A stretch of DNA of 64,000 nt from Thermoplasmata archaeon. GTDB taxonomy: Archaea > Thermoplasmatota > Thermoplasmata > Lutacidiplasmatales > UBA184. The notes beneath the pieces are model-generated. The model was given only the letters and a program-made list of their open reading frames with translations, did not search any database and was not told the DNA's origin. Both the position numbers and the translations under genes were made by a program. The stretch spans positions 2,425-66,424 of the forward strand of contig DATKQS010000004.1 of NCBI GenBank assembly GCA_035532555.1. Direction: 5' to 3'. How positions within the stretch are numbered: the stretch's first letter is position 1; the number at the start of each line of letters is the position of its first letter. This document shows positions 54,445-62,756 of the stretch, piece by piece.

Positions 54445-55389
54445 CTACTTCGGCATCTGGGCGAGGATCGCGAGATCCTCCCGGACCGCTCGGACGCTCG
54501 TTTGGAACGCCGAGCGCTCGGCCGGAGTGAGGTCGACCTCGACGACCCGCTCGACGCCCTTGCGGCCCAGCACCACCGGGACGCCCACGTACACTCCCTT
54601 CTCCCCGAACTCGCCGTTCAAGTGCGCGGTCACGGGCAACAGGCGGTGCTCGTCGCGCGCGATTGCACGCACGAGCTCGGCCTGGGAGGCGGTCGGGGCG
54701 TAGTACGCGCTTCCCGTCTTCAGGAGGTTGACGATCTCGCCGCCGCCCTTCCTCGTCCGGTCGACAATCGCTTCCAGACGATCGGCCGGGAGGAGCTTCG
54801 TGAGCGGAACCCCGCTGACGTTCGTCAGGGAGAGCACCGGCACCATCGTGTCCCCGTGCGTTCCGAGGACGAACCCCGTCACGTCCCGAGGGGATACGTG
54901 GAGCGCATCGGCGACGAAGGTTCGGAAACGGGCCGTGTCGAGCGTTCCGGATTCCCCGAACACCCGCTCCGGGGCGAACCCGCTGATCTCGCGGAAGTAG
55001 AACGTCATGACGTCCACGGGGTTCGTCACGACCACGACGATCGCCCCGGGGGCCTTCGCGCGCACGGCCTCGGCGTGGCCCCGCAGGATCCCGGCGTTCT
55101 TCGTCAGAAGATCCGAGCGGCTCATCCCGGGCTTGCGGGCGAGTCCTGCGGTCTCGATCACGATGTCGGCTCCGGCGATCGCGTCGAGCGAGGTGCTCCC
55201 CCGGACGCGCGTCGAGAACTCGAGGATCGGAGCTGACTCCTGGATGTCGAGCGCCTTCCCCTCGGGGAGTCCTTCGACGATATCGAAGAGCATCACTTCC
55301 TCCGCGAGGTCCGCCTCCGCCAGTCGCTGCGCGAGCGAGCCTCCGATGTTCCCCGCGCCGAGCACCACGATCTTCGAGATTCCCGTCAC
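54445..55389 (-). CDS. mdh: Malate dehydrogenase (LDH-like family)
   Basis: 314 aa with KIVVLGAGNIGGS, ETAGLARKPGMSRSDLL, VVVVTNPVD and GTHGDTMVP. Confidence 0.92.
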   Translation of the reverse strand: MTGISKIVVLGAGNIGGSLAQRLAEADLAEEVMLFDIVEGLPEGKALDIQESAPILEFSTRVRGSTSLDAIAGADIVIETAGLARKPGMSRSDLLTKNAGILRGHAEAVRAKAPGAIVVVVTNPVDVMTFYFREISGFAPERVFGESGTLDTARFRTFVADALHVSPRDVTGFVLGTHGDTMVPVLSLTNVSGVPLTKLLPADRLEAIVDRTRKGGGEIVNLLKTGSAYYAPTASQAELVRAIARDEHRLLPVTAHLNGEFGEKGVYVGVPVVLGRKGVERVVEVDLTPAERSAFQTSVRAVREDLAILAQMPK

Positions 55390-55469
55390 GTTCCCTTCCC
55401 CGATCCCGCGGTATCCTCGTCGAGCTTAAACCTCCCCCCTTTCCGCGGGGATTCGGCTCCGCCGAAAGG

Positions 55470-55733
55470 TTGATTCATGTCGGGGTTGCTGACCCCATCG
55501 TGCCGGACATCGACTCCTTCTTGCTCAGCGTTCAGGAGCGGGACAAGTGGCGCGCTCGCATGGACCGCCTCGAGGAGGGCCTGCGCGAAGCGCGGGACCA
55601 GCGCCGTCGCTTGGAGCGCCGCCTCTCCCGCGTCAAGCGGGACCTCGCGCGAACGCGCGATTACATCGAGCGTCGGACCGAGCACCGGACCGTATCGGAA
55701 CATGCCAACCCGAGTTTCCCCTTCGGAAGGTAG
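55470..55733 (+). CDS. Hypothetical coiled-coil protein (87 aa)
   Basis: Heptad-like Arg/Glu-rich segment SVQERDKWRARMDRLEEGLREARDQRRRLERRLSRVKRDLARTRDYIERR. It ends at TAG 55731..55733. Confidence 0.4.
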   Translation: MIHVGVADPIVPDIDSFLLSVQERDKWRARMDRLEEGLREARDQRRRLERRLSRVKRDLARTRDYIERRTEHRTVSEHANPSFPFGR

Positions 55734-55929
55734 GACCGCCGCGCTCTCCGCCGAACGGGCGGAGCTCGAGGCCGCCATCCGGCGATTGCGCCGGGAGGAG
55801 GAGTACCTCACGCTCCAGATCCGACAGGCGCGCGAGCAGGTCCGCTACTACGAGGGCCTGCTGCACCTCCTCAAGAACGACTGGGGACGCGCCCCCGGAG
55901 TTCGCGACATGATCCGGAAGCTCGGGTAG
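55702..55929 (+). CDS. Hypothetical coiled-coil protein (75 aa), +1 frame relative to the previous ORF
   Basis: From ATG 55702: MPTRVSPSEGRTAALSAERAELEAAIRRLRREEEYLTLQIRQAREQVRYYEGLLHLLKNDWGRAPGVRDMIRKLG. The N-terminal part of the listed ORF 55477..55929 looks like a shadow frame. Confidence 0.4.
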   Translation: MPTRVSPSEGRTAALSAERAELEAAIRRLRREEEYLTLQIRQAREQVRYYEGLLHLLKNDWGRAPGVRDMIRKLG

Positions 55930-55937
55930 CGCCAGCC

Positions 55938-56897
55938 GTGCGGATCGTCATCCTGGGCGCCGGGGCCATCGGGAGCCTCATCGGCGCGATGCTCCACCGT
56001 GCCGGGGAGGACGTCGTCCTCGTGGGCTCTCCCGCGCACGTCGAGGCGATCCGCGCCGGCGGGTTGCGGGTCGAGGGCCGGCTCGAAGGGACGTTCGCCA
56101 TCGCGGCGGAGACCCGACTCGCGCCCGGTACCTCCGCGGATCTCGTCTGGTTCACCGTCAAGACCTTCGACCTTGCCCGGGCCACCGAGCAGGCCGCTCG
56201 CGAGCTCCCGGGGTCGATCCCCTGGGTGCTCCCCCAGAACGGCCTCGGGGTCGAGGAGGTGGCCCGGACCGCCATGCGATCCGCCGGGAGGGTCCCCGAC
56301 CCCGATCGCTGGCTCGTCCGGGCCGTGAACACGATCCCCGCCACCCTCGTCGCACCCGGGATCGTCCGTCAACCGGGCGACGGGGAAATTCGGCTCGCCC
56401 ACCCCAGCCACGCCGGCGCGAGCGAGCCGTCGGTGCGTCTCGTGGCCGCGAGTCTCGTTCGGGCCGGCGTGCCGGTCCGGTTCGTCCCGGACATCGATCG
56501 AGCCGCCTGGCGGAAGGCGGTCGTCAACGCCGCCATCAATCCGGTCACCGCCGAATACGGCATCCTGAACGGTCAGCTCCTCCAGGATCCCTGGCGATCC
56601 GAAGCGACGACCCTCCTACTCGAAGCACTGAGCGCGGCGCGTCTCGCGGGCTACGACTTCTCGTTGGAGGAGCTCGAACGCGATCTGTGGGAGACGGTCC
56701 GCGCGACCGCCGGGAATCGCTCGAGCATGCTGCAGGACATCGATCGGGGCCGGCCCACCGAGATCGACTCGATCTCCGGCTACCTTCTCGACACCGCTCG
56801 TCTGCACTCGGTGAACCTCCCCGCTACCGAGCGGATCGTGGAGCGCATCCGCCGGCGCGCCGCCTCGGCTCCCCATCCGCGACAACAACGCTCTTAG
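55938..56897 (+). CDS. panE: 2-dehydropantoate 2-reductase (ketopantoate reductase)
   Basis: 319 aa with MRIVILGAGAIGSLIGAML, LPQNGLG, NAAINPVTA and SSMLQDIDRGRPTEID. Confidence 0.85.
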   Translation: MRIVILGAGAIGSLIGAMLHRAGEDVVLVGSPAHVEAIRAGGLRVEGRLEGTFAIAAETRLAPGTSADLVWFTVKTFDLARATEQAARELPGSIPWVLPQNGLGVEEVARTAMRSAGRVPDPDRWLVRAVNTIPATLVAPGIVRQPGDGEIRLAHPSHAGASEPSVRLVAASLVRAGVPVRFVPDIDRAAWRKAVVNAAINPVTAEYGILNGQLLQDPWRSEATTLLLEALSAARLAGYDFSLEELERDLWETVRATAGNRSSMLQDIDRGRPTEIDSISGYLLDTARLHSVNLPATERIVERIRRRAASAPHPRQQRS

Positions 56898-56919
56898 CGC
56901 GGAGCTCCTCCGGGCGATC

Positions 56920-58101
56920 ATGGCCGCGAAGCGCGGGATCCAAGCGGCGAGCCTGCGCGGTCGCCGGGTTCTTGTGCGCGTCGACTTCAACGTCCCGCAG
57001 GAGGCGAACGGCCGGGTGGCCGACGACCGGCGGATCCAGGAGGCGCTGCCGACGCTCAACCACCTGCGCGCCGCGGGAGCTCGCACGATCCTCATGAGCC
57101 ACCTCGGCCGCCCCGAGGGCCGGCACGATCCCCGCTTCACGCTCAAGCCCGTGGTCCACCGACTGAGCGCGATCCTGGGACAGCCGGTCCCGCTCGCGTC
57201 CGACATCATCGGGATCCAAGCGATCGAGGGGAGCGCCCGGCTCGCGAACGGGGAGTTCCTGATGCTCGAGAACCTCCGGTTCCACCCCGGCGAAGAGGCG
57301 AACGACCCGGCCTTCGCAGCGGCCCTGGCCCGACTCGGCGAGCTCTTCGTCGAGGATGCCTTCGGAACGCTCCACCGCGCCCACGCCTCCACGGTCGGAG
57401 TTCCAAGCCGCCTCCCGTCGTACGCCGGGTTCCTGGTCGAACGGGAGGTCCGCGAGCTCTCCCGGCTCGTCGAGCGCCCCGAGCGGCCGTACGTGGCGCT
57501 CCTCGGTGGAGCGAAGGTGACCGACAAGCTCCCGCTCCTCGCGAGCTTCCTCGGGCGGGCCGACACCATCGCGATCGGCGGAGCCCTCGCGTTCCCGTTT
57601 CTCGCGCATCGGGGCCACACGCTCGGAGCTACGGAGGTCGAGGGCGGCCTCGAGGACGTGCTCGTGGAGTTCGACCGCGAGGCGATGGGTGCCAAGACCG
57701 AGATCGTCCTCCCCACCGACGCGGTCATCGAACGGCCGGGCACGAACGCGACCGACGTGGTCGAGATCGGGGCGATCCCGCCGGATGCGATGATCCGGGA
57801 CATCGGTCCGGCCACGGTCGCACGGTTCCGCGGGGCGCTCCAGGACTCCCGAACGGTGTTCTGGAACGGTCCCTTTGGGAAGGCCGAGGATCCTCGCTTC
57901 GCGGCCGGGACCCGCGACGTTCTCGCCCATCTCGCGTCGATCCCCGGCTACCACGTGGGCGCGGGGGGAGATTCGGCGAGGATCGCGCAGGATCTGGGGG
58001 TTACCTCTTCCTTCCAGTTCCTCTCAACCGGTGGCGGGGCCGCGCTCGAGTTCGTCCAGGGGACCGAGCTTCCCGGGCTTGCGGTCCTCCCCGACGCATA
58101 G
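56920..58101 (+). CDS. pgk: Phosphoglycerate kinase
   Basis: 393 aa with RVDFNVP, ILMSHLGRP, LENLRFHPGEE, GGAKVTDK and STGGGAALEF. Confidence 0.95.
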   Translation: MAAKRGIQAASLRGRRVLVRVDFNVPQEANGRVADDRRIQEALPTLNHLRAAGARTILMSHLGRPEGRHDPRFTLKPVVHRLSAILGQPVPLASDIIGIQAIEGSARLANGEFLMLENLRFHPGEEANDPAFAAALARLGELFVEDAFGTLHRAHASTVGVPSRLPSYAGFLVEREVRELSRLVERPERPYVALLGGAKVTDKLPLLASFLGRADTIAIGGALAFPFLAHRGHTLGATEVEGGLEDVLVEFDREAMGAKTEIVLPTDAVIERPGTNATDVVEIGAIPPDAMIRDIGPATVARFRGALQDSRTVFWNGPFGKAEDPRFAAGTRDVLAHLASIPGYHVGAGGDSARIAQDLGVTSSFQFLSTGGGAALEFVQGTELPGLAVLPDA

Positions 58102-58480
58102 GTCCGCCCCCGAGAGGCGGCGGCGGAGCGTCCGGGTCGATCTCCTGGGCGAGATACTCGAGGAAGCCGGCGTGGGCGCGGGGGACATCGATCTCCACGA
58201 TCTCGGGCACCTCGTACGGGTGACCTTCTTTCAGCAGCCGGAACAGGGCGCCGACCCGTTTCGGGACGGTCTTGAACAGGACCATCGTCTCCGCGCTCGT
58301 CTCGATCCTGCCCTTCCACCGGAACCGGGAATCGACCGCGAAGATGCTGGCGCATGCGGCGAGGCGACGTTCGAGCGCTTCCTCGATCCGCGCGACCGCG
58401 GCGGCTCGATCCGGGTACGTGGTCAGCACGAGGCGCATCGGACCCCGCGCGTCCGGGGGGTCGATCGGGTACGGGCTCAT
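58001..58480 (-). CDS. cutA: Divalent-cation tolerance protein CutA
   Basis: The core is MRLVLTTYPDRAAAVARIEEALERRLAACASI...YRWKG-like FRWKGRIE...HPYEVPEIVEIDV. ATG 58480 overlaps the DP1 stop (ATGA), and ATG 58438 is an alternative start. The Arg/Pro-rich tail overlaps the 3' end of pgk. Confidence 0.83.
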   Translation of the reverse strand: MSPYPIDPPDARGPMRLVLTTYPDRAAAVARIEEALERRLAACASIFAVDSRFRWKGRIETSAETMVLFKTVPKRVGALFRLLKEGHPYEVPEIVEIDVPRAHAGFLEYLAQEIDPDAPPPPLGGGPMRRGGPQAREARSPGRTRARPRHRLRGTGRKR

Positions 58481-59994
58481 CCTTCGGGTCCTCCCAGGAC
58501 GCACTCTCGGCCGGCAAAGTTGAGGGTTGTGGTCGAGAGGGTCGCCAGATCGACTATCGCCGCCCGGGCAGGAACCGGGGTGATGTTCCGCATCTTCTGG
58601 TACTCCGTCTCCCCTTGCCAGGTCGAGACGTTCAAGAGCAACACCCCCCGGTAGTGGTCGACCCCGTAGGTGTGCGAGTGCCCCGTCACGAACACGTCCG
58701 GGAGCGGCTCGATGACCAGGCCATCGCGGGAGAGCGGGGCGAGCGGCGTCCGTCCCCCGTAGATCGGGGCCATGTGCCGCATCTGGAGCATCCGCTTCAT
58801 CACGTCGGTCGGACGCCCGTAGGAAGCTCCGGGGATCGCTGGGATCAGTTCGTCGAATCCGCGTCCATGGTAGGCGGACAGCACGACGCCGTGGAGCGCG
58901 AAGGTCGACGGGTTGCCGAGGGAGCGTACGTTCCTCGGGAGCTGCGCGGCCATCGCCGCCGAGAGCGCGGGTTGCGGTTCGGCCGGTGCGACGGCGTCGT
59001 GGTTGCCCGGCACCACGATGATCGAGAGTCGTTCCGGCAGCTCGCGCAGACGACGTCCGAGCTCCGCGTACTGCTCGACCACATCGCTGATGGCGAGGTC
59101 CCGCTCTTGGTTCGGGTAGATCCCGATCCCGTCCACGAGGTCTCCGGCGATGACCACGTGCTCGAGCGTCTCCGCGATCTCGGCGTGGGGTCCTCGTCCG
59201 TGGAGGAAGTCCACGAGATGGGCCCACGGCTCGGAGAGGAACGAGCGGCTCCCGATGTGAAGGTCCGATAGGAAGAGCGTCCGGGACGGTCGATCCGATC
59301 GGTGGGCGGCGCGCCCGGGAGGCACCTCCGGCCGCTCGACCGAGGTGACCCGGTGCATCTTCCCCGCCTCGCGGGCGATCCTCAGGGTGAAGCCCACGAC
59401 CTCGTCGGGGAGGAACGTTCCTCGGCCGACGAAGGCGTCGTTCGGAACCAACAGGTCGATGGATCCGGACGGATCCTCGACCGTGAGCAGCACGATCCGT
59501 TTCGCACTGACCTCGCGAACGTCGCGGATCATCGCGATGATCGACGCATCGGCCTCGGTCGACCGCAGCTCGCGGATCGGGCGGAGGTTCGATAGGCCCG
59601 GTCGGCCGCGGAGGAACCGGGAGAGCATCTGGTAGCGCGACGCGAAGAGCGCGCCGTACGCTTCAAGCGGATCGCGATTCGGAACCGGCGGAGAGAATCC
59701 CTCCGAGAGCAGGACGAACGGCGGGGCGATCCCGGAGCCCAGGGCGACCTCGGTCGCGACGGAGGGGGGGACGGCGCGAGCGACCATGCGCGAGGCCCGT
59801 CGGAGCTCGATCGTCCGCTCGACCATCTCCCGGGTCACTAGCGGCGAGCCCGTCCCGCAGCGGTCGAGGACCTGCTGCGAGAGAACGAGCGGCTGGCGAT
59901 CGGTCAGGAGCAGCGTCAGTGCGTCGGTCTCCACGAGCTTGTGCTGGCCCTCGAAGTAGGCAACCAAGTGCCCGCGCAGGTCGGTTGTCGCCAC
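58477..59994 (-). CDS. DNA polymerase D (PolD) small subunit DP1
   Basis: 505 aa with an OB-fold region and then calcineurin-like phosphoesterase motifs LSDLHIGS, IAGDLVDG, PGNHD and GHSHT. Confidence 0.9.
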   Translation of the reverse strand: MATTDLRGHLVAYFEGQHKLVETDALTLLLTDRQPLVLSQQVLDRCGTGSPLVTREMVERTIELRRASRMVARAVPPSVATEVALGSGIAPPFVLLSEGFSPPVPNRDPLEAYGALFASRYQMLSRFLRGRPGLSNLRPIRELRSTEADASIIAMIRDVREVSAKRIVLLTVEDPSGSIDLLVPNDAFVGRGTFLPDEVVGFTLRIAREAGKMHRVTSVERPEVPPGRAAHRSDRPSRTLFLSDLHIGSRSFLSEPWAHLVDFLHGRGPHAEIAETLEHVVIAGDLVDGIGIYPNQERDLAISDVVEQYAELGRRLRELPERLSIIVVPGNHDAVAPAEPQPALSAAMAAQLPRNVRSLGNPSTFALHGVVLSAYHGRGFDELIPAIPGASYGRPTDVMKRMLQMRHMAPIYGGRTPLAPLSRDGLVIEPLPDVFVTGHSHTYGVDHYRGVLLLNVSTWQGETEYQKMRNITPVPARAAIVDLATLSTTTLNFAGRECVLGGPEG

Positions 59995-60110
59995 GCCACC
60001 CTCAGAACGCGCGACGGGGCCGGTGCGCCGACCGGCCGACGCCGAGCGGGCGTGCTAGGCGGGCACGTTATTTCAACCATTCCGCCCGGGGCGGACGCCC
60101 CACGCACGCT

Positions 60111-60782
60111 CTACCGGTAGGATTCCTTCGCGTACGAAGTGCCCTTCGGGTACTTCTGCCGAAGGTGCTGGACGAACCCCTCGGGGGTGCGGTCGAGATG
60201 GGCGGCGTACCACTTGACGACGACGTCGCGCAGTACCTTGTGGACGCTCTTCAGATCCACGTCGGACTCGGAAGCGTCGTACAGGATCGCCTGGCTCATC
60301 GAGCGCATCCACCCGGAGTATCGGTGGTAGGACTCTCCATCCGTCCACTCGAAGATCCCGCGGAGGCGGCCCTTGCCCTCGGCGTCCCGGTAGTACCAGA
60401 AACGGAGCGAGAACCCGACCCAGCCTGCGGCGCGGTCGGCGAGCTCGAGCGTGCTGACCGAGCCGAAGTCGAAATTGTCCTTGAAGGAGAAGTTGGTCGG
60501 GTATTCGACGAACGTTGCGAACAGCGTGGCCGAAGGTTCGAGGGTCAGGTGGACGGAGATGTCCTCGAACTGGTTGTGGATCTCCCAGAGGTCCTGGAGC
60601 AGGCGTCGGTTCAACTCGGCGCGATGCGAGAGATCCTCCGCCGGCTTGGTGACGGCCGCGGCCTGGGTCCGGGCGAGCTCTTGGCGCAGCGACCCCACGA
60701 AGTCATCGTCGGGCAAATGAGACTCCACCGGGACCTCGGGACGAGGATCGCGAACGACCTTTCGGGCTTTTCCACGCGGCAT
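60111..60782 (-). CDS. Hypothetical protein (223 aa), aromatic-rich, no recognised domain
   Basis: Protein-like composition (e.g. FSLRFWYYRDAEGKGRLRGIFEWTDGESYHRYSGWMRSM) with good GC3. It lies between DP1 and dnaG. Confidence 0.6.
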   Translation of the reverse strand: MPRGKARKVVRDPRPEVPVESHLPDDDFVGSLRQELARTQAAAVTKPAEDLSHRAELNRRLLQDLWEIHNQFEDISVHLTLEPSATLFATFVEYPTNFSFKDNFDFGSVSTLELADRAAGWVGFSLRFWYYRDAEGKGRLRGIFEWTDGESYHRYSGWMRSMSQAILYDASESDVDLKSVHKVLRDVVVKWYAAHLDRTPEGFVQHLRQKYPKGTSYAKESYR

Positions 60783-60818
60783 GAATAGGACTCTCCCGAT
60801 ACGTGGTAGAGGAGCCCG

Positions 60819-60827
60819 TTATAAAAA
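60819..60827. promoter_or_regulatory. TATA-like element TTATAAAAA (TTTTTATAA on the minus strand)
   Basis: About 41 nt upstream of the ATG (60782) of the 223-aa hypothetical gene. On the minus strand the same T5 run could instead terminate a transcript coming from 61030. Confidence 0.35.
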
Positions 60828-60830
60828 CTC

Positions 60831-61029
60831 GGGGGCGCTCTCGCAGCCCTCGGCTTCGAGGCGCTCGCTCCCTTCGGGAGGACAAAACGCCCCGCGCGCA
60901 AGGGCGCCGCCGGGGAAGGGACCCACGGGCCCCTTCCCGACCCGAATGGATGGATGCGGAGGGGCCGGGCCGGCGGCACCGGCCCTTGGTCCAGGCGCCG
61001 GAACGTGGGTCGTCGTCCCCCAGGCCTCC
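60831..61029. ncRNA. Candidate structured non-coding RNA or structured spacer (strand undetermined)
   Basis: About 200 nt with no credible ORF, bounded by two TATA-like boxes. At least five GC-rich hairpins are present: GGGGCG/CGCCCC (60832/60888), CCTCG-GCTT-CGAGG (60848..60861), CTCCC-TTC-GGGAG (60868..60880), GGGAAGGG/CCCTTCCC (60913/60931) and GGGCCGG/CCGGCCC (60967/60979). Confidence 0.25.
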
Positions 61030-61037
61030 TTTAAATA
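61030..61037. promoter_or_regulatory. Near-consensus archaeal TATA box TTTAAATA
   Basis: The best TATA match in the window. It lies ~225 nt upstream of the dnaG ATG (61261) on the + strand. As TATTTAAA on the minus strand it faces the hairpin-rich segment. Confidence 0.4.
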
Positions 61038-61260
61038 GGGCCCCCGGCTCCACACGATTGAAAGGCACCCGGAGACGGAAGCCGAGGAAGTATCCTCATG
61101 TCGACGCGTCTCACGGAATCACGACTCACGCTCCACCCTGGTTCAGGTCGTAGGCTCCGCGATTGTTTCGGCGACGTGGATATTCCCCTCTGAGCTTCCG
61201 TCCGGGCCGATGCTCCCGTATGCGGGAGTTCGCCTTTCGCCAAACGGAGAAATACCAGAA

Positions 61261-62598
61261 ATGACGAACGATCCCAGCGCCGCCAAATACCAGATCCGAG
61301 CCCACATCGTCGCCGAGGGTGTCATCGACAAACCCGACGTCGTAGGGGCTGTATTCGGACAGACCGAAGGACTCCTCGGAGAGGAGCTTGATCTCCGCGA
61401 CCTACAGAAGTCCGGCCGCATCGGCCGGATCGAGGTCGATATCGACAGCCGCAAGGGCAAGAGCGAAGGAGAGATCATCATCGCCTCCTCGCTCGACCAG
61501 GTCGAGACCGCGATCCTCGCCTCGGGTCTCGAAACGGTCGACCGCATCGGGCCCTGCCGGGCCAAGATCGAGGTCGTATCCGTCGAGGATATCCGAATCT
61601 CCAAGCGCCAGAAGGTCGTGGAGCGGGCCAAGGAGATCCTCTCCCGCCTCCAGGAAGAGTCGAAGGGCGTCGGTCTCGATCTGACCGAGGCCGTCCGCAA
61701 AGCCGTCCAGGTCGAAGAGATCACGACGTACGGCCCGGAGCATCTCCCGGCGGGCCCGAACATCGATCAGGCCGACGCGCTGATCGTGGTCGAGGGTCGC
61801 TCGGACGTGCTCAACCTACTGCAGTGCGGCATCAAGAACGTCATCGCGGTCGAGGGCACGAGCGTGCCCCAGACGGTGAAGGACCTCTCCCGCGGGAAGA
61901 CGGTCACGGCGTTCACGGATGGAGACCGCGCGGGCGAACTCATCCTCCGCGAGATGCTGCAGACGATGGATCTCGATTTCGTGGCTCGCGCCCCGCGCGG
62001 CAGCGAGGTCGAGGAACTGACGCAGAAACAGCTCGTAAAGTGCCTGCGCAACAAGATCCCGATCAACCAGTACCTGGAGATGACGGGATTCGATTCGACC
62101 GGCGCCACGCGCGGTCCGATGGAGGACCGAGCCGAAGGACCCCGGTCGGAAGGCGGGGGCCGCCCGGACCGGCGCGAGGACCGGGGCCCGCGTGACGAGC
62201 GCGGCCCGCCCCGCCGCGACGAGCACCGGCCGCCCGTAGCGGTTCCGCGTGCCGTGCCGCCACCTTCGCCCGCCGCACCTCCCGCGACGCTCCCACCGGA
62301 GCTCCAGCACTACTTCGAACTCCTCGGAGGCATCGAGAATGCCTCGAAGTTCCTGGTGATCGGCCCGGACGACGCCGTGGTCCACGACGCCCCCGTCAAG
62401 GACATGATCGACTTCCTCGTGGCGTACCCCGACCCCGCGAAGGCGCTCATCTTCGACGGCATCGTCAGCCAGCGCCTCCTAGACGTCGCCCAGGAGAAGA
62501 ACATCGGAACGATCGTGGCCTCCCGTCTCGGGCCTGTGGGAAAGATGCCGGAGAACGTTCGGATCTTCACTCGCCAGGACCTCGGCGGAGCGCGGTAG
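61261..62598 (+). CDS. dnaG: Archaeal DnaG (Toprim-domain primase-like, exosome-associated)
   Basis: KYQIRAHIVAEGVIDKPDVVGAVFGQTEGLLGEELDLRDLQKSGRIGRIEV, with Toprim motifs IVVEGRSDV and FTDGDRAG. The start was set at ATG 61261 (MTNDPSAAKYQI); the listed ORF starts at 61210. Confidence 0.9.
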   Translation: MTNDPSAAKYQIRAHIVAEGVIDKPDVVGAVFGQTEGLLGEELDLRDLQKSGRIGRIEVDIDSRKGKSEGEIIIASSLDQVETAILASGLETVDRIGPCRAKIEVVSVEDIRISKRQKVVERAKEILSRLQEESKGVGLDLTEAVRKAVQVEEITTYGPEHLPAGPNIDQADALIVVEGRSDVLNLLQCGIKNVIAVEGTSVPQTVKDLSRGKTVTAFTDGDRAGELILREMLQTMDLDFVARAPRGSEVEELTQKQLVKCLRNKIPINQYLEMTGFDSTGATRGPMEDRAEGPRSEGGGRPDRREDRGPRDERGPPRRDEHRPPVAVPRAVPPPSPAAPPATLPPELQHYFELLGGIENASKFLVIGPDDAVVHDAPVKDMIDFLVAYPDPAKALIFDGIVSQRLLDVAQEKNIGTIVASRLGPVGKMPENVRIFTRQDLGGAR

Positions 62599-62722
62599 TT
62601 CCTCCTCCGAACTCTTTCCGAGCGGGCCCGTCCTACGGACCCGCCCGGCCCCCTGTTTCGCCGGAGCCCCGGTCGAAGCGGGCGGCGACTGAGCACCCCG
62701 AAAGGTAACCTGCCCGGCCAAG

Positions 62723-62730
62723 CTTTTTAC
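62723..62730 (+). promoter_or_regulatory. TATA-like CTTTTTAC upstream of the Lon-family gene
   Basis: Its centre is ~30 nt upstream of ATG 62757, consistent with a leaderless mRNA. Confidence 0.3.
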
Positions 62731-62756
62731 ACCCTTCCGGACGTTATAACATTCAG

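Noticed and set aside
60803-61153. 116-aa + strand ORF in the dnaG upstream spacer
   Set aside because: The translation is about one-third Arg plus Pro (…RGRSRSPRLRGARSLRED…). No plausible protein is encoded, and the ORF spans two TATA-like boxes.
60783-61260. SRP (7S) RNA or RNase P RNA in the long spacer
   Set aside because: Only near-misses were seen. CCCGAAGGGAGCG on the minus strand resembles the helix-8 CCCGGAAGGGAGCA of SRP RNA. GAGGAAGUAUCC and GUCCGGGC resemble the RNase P GAGGAAAGUCCGGGC. The structured core (~200 nt) is too short and the conserved loops do not fit. It is kept only as an unclassified ncRNA candidate.
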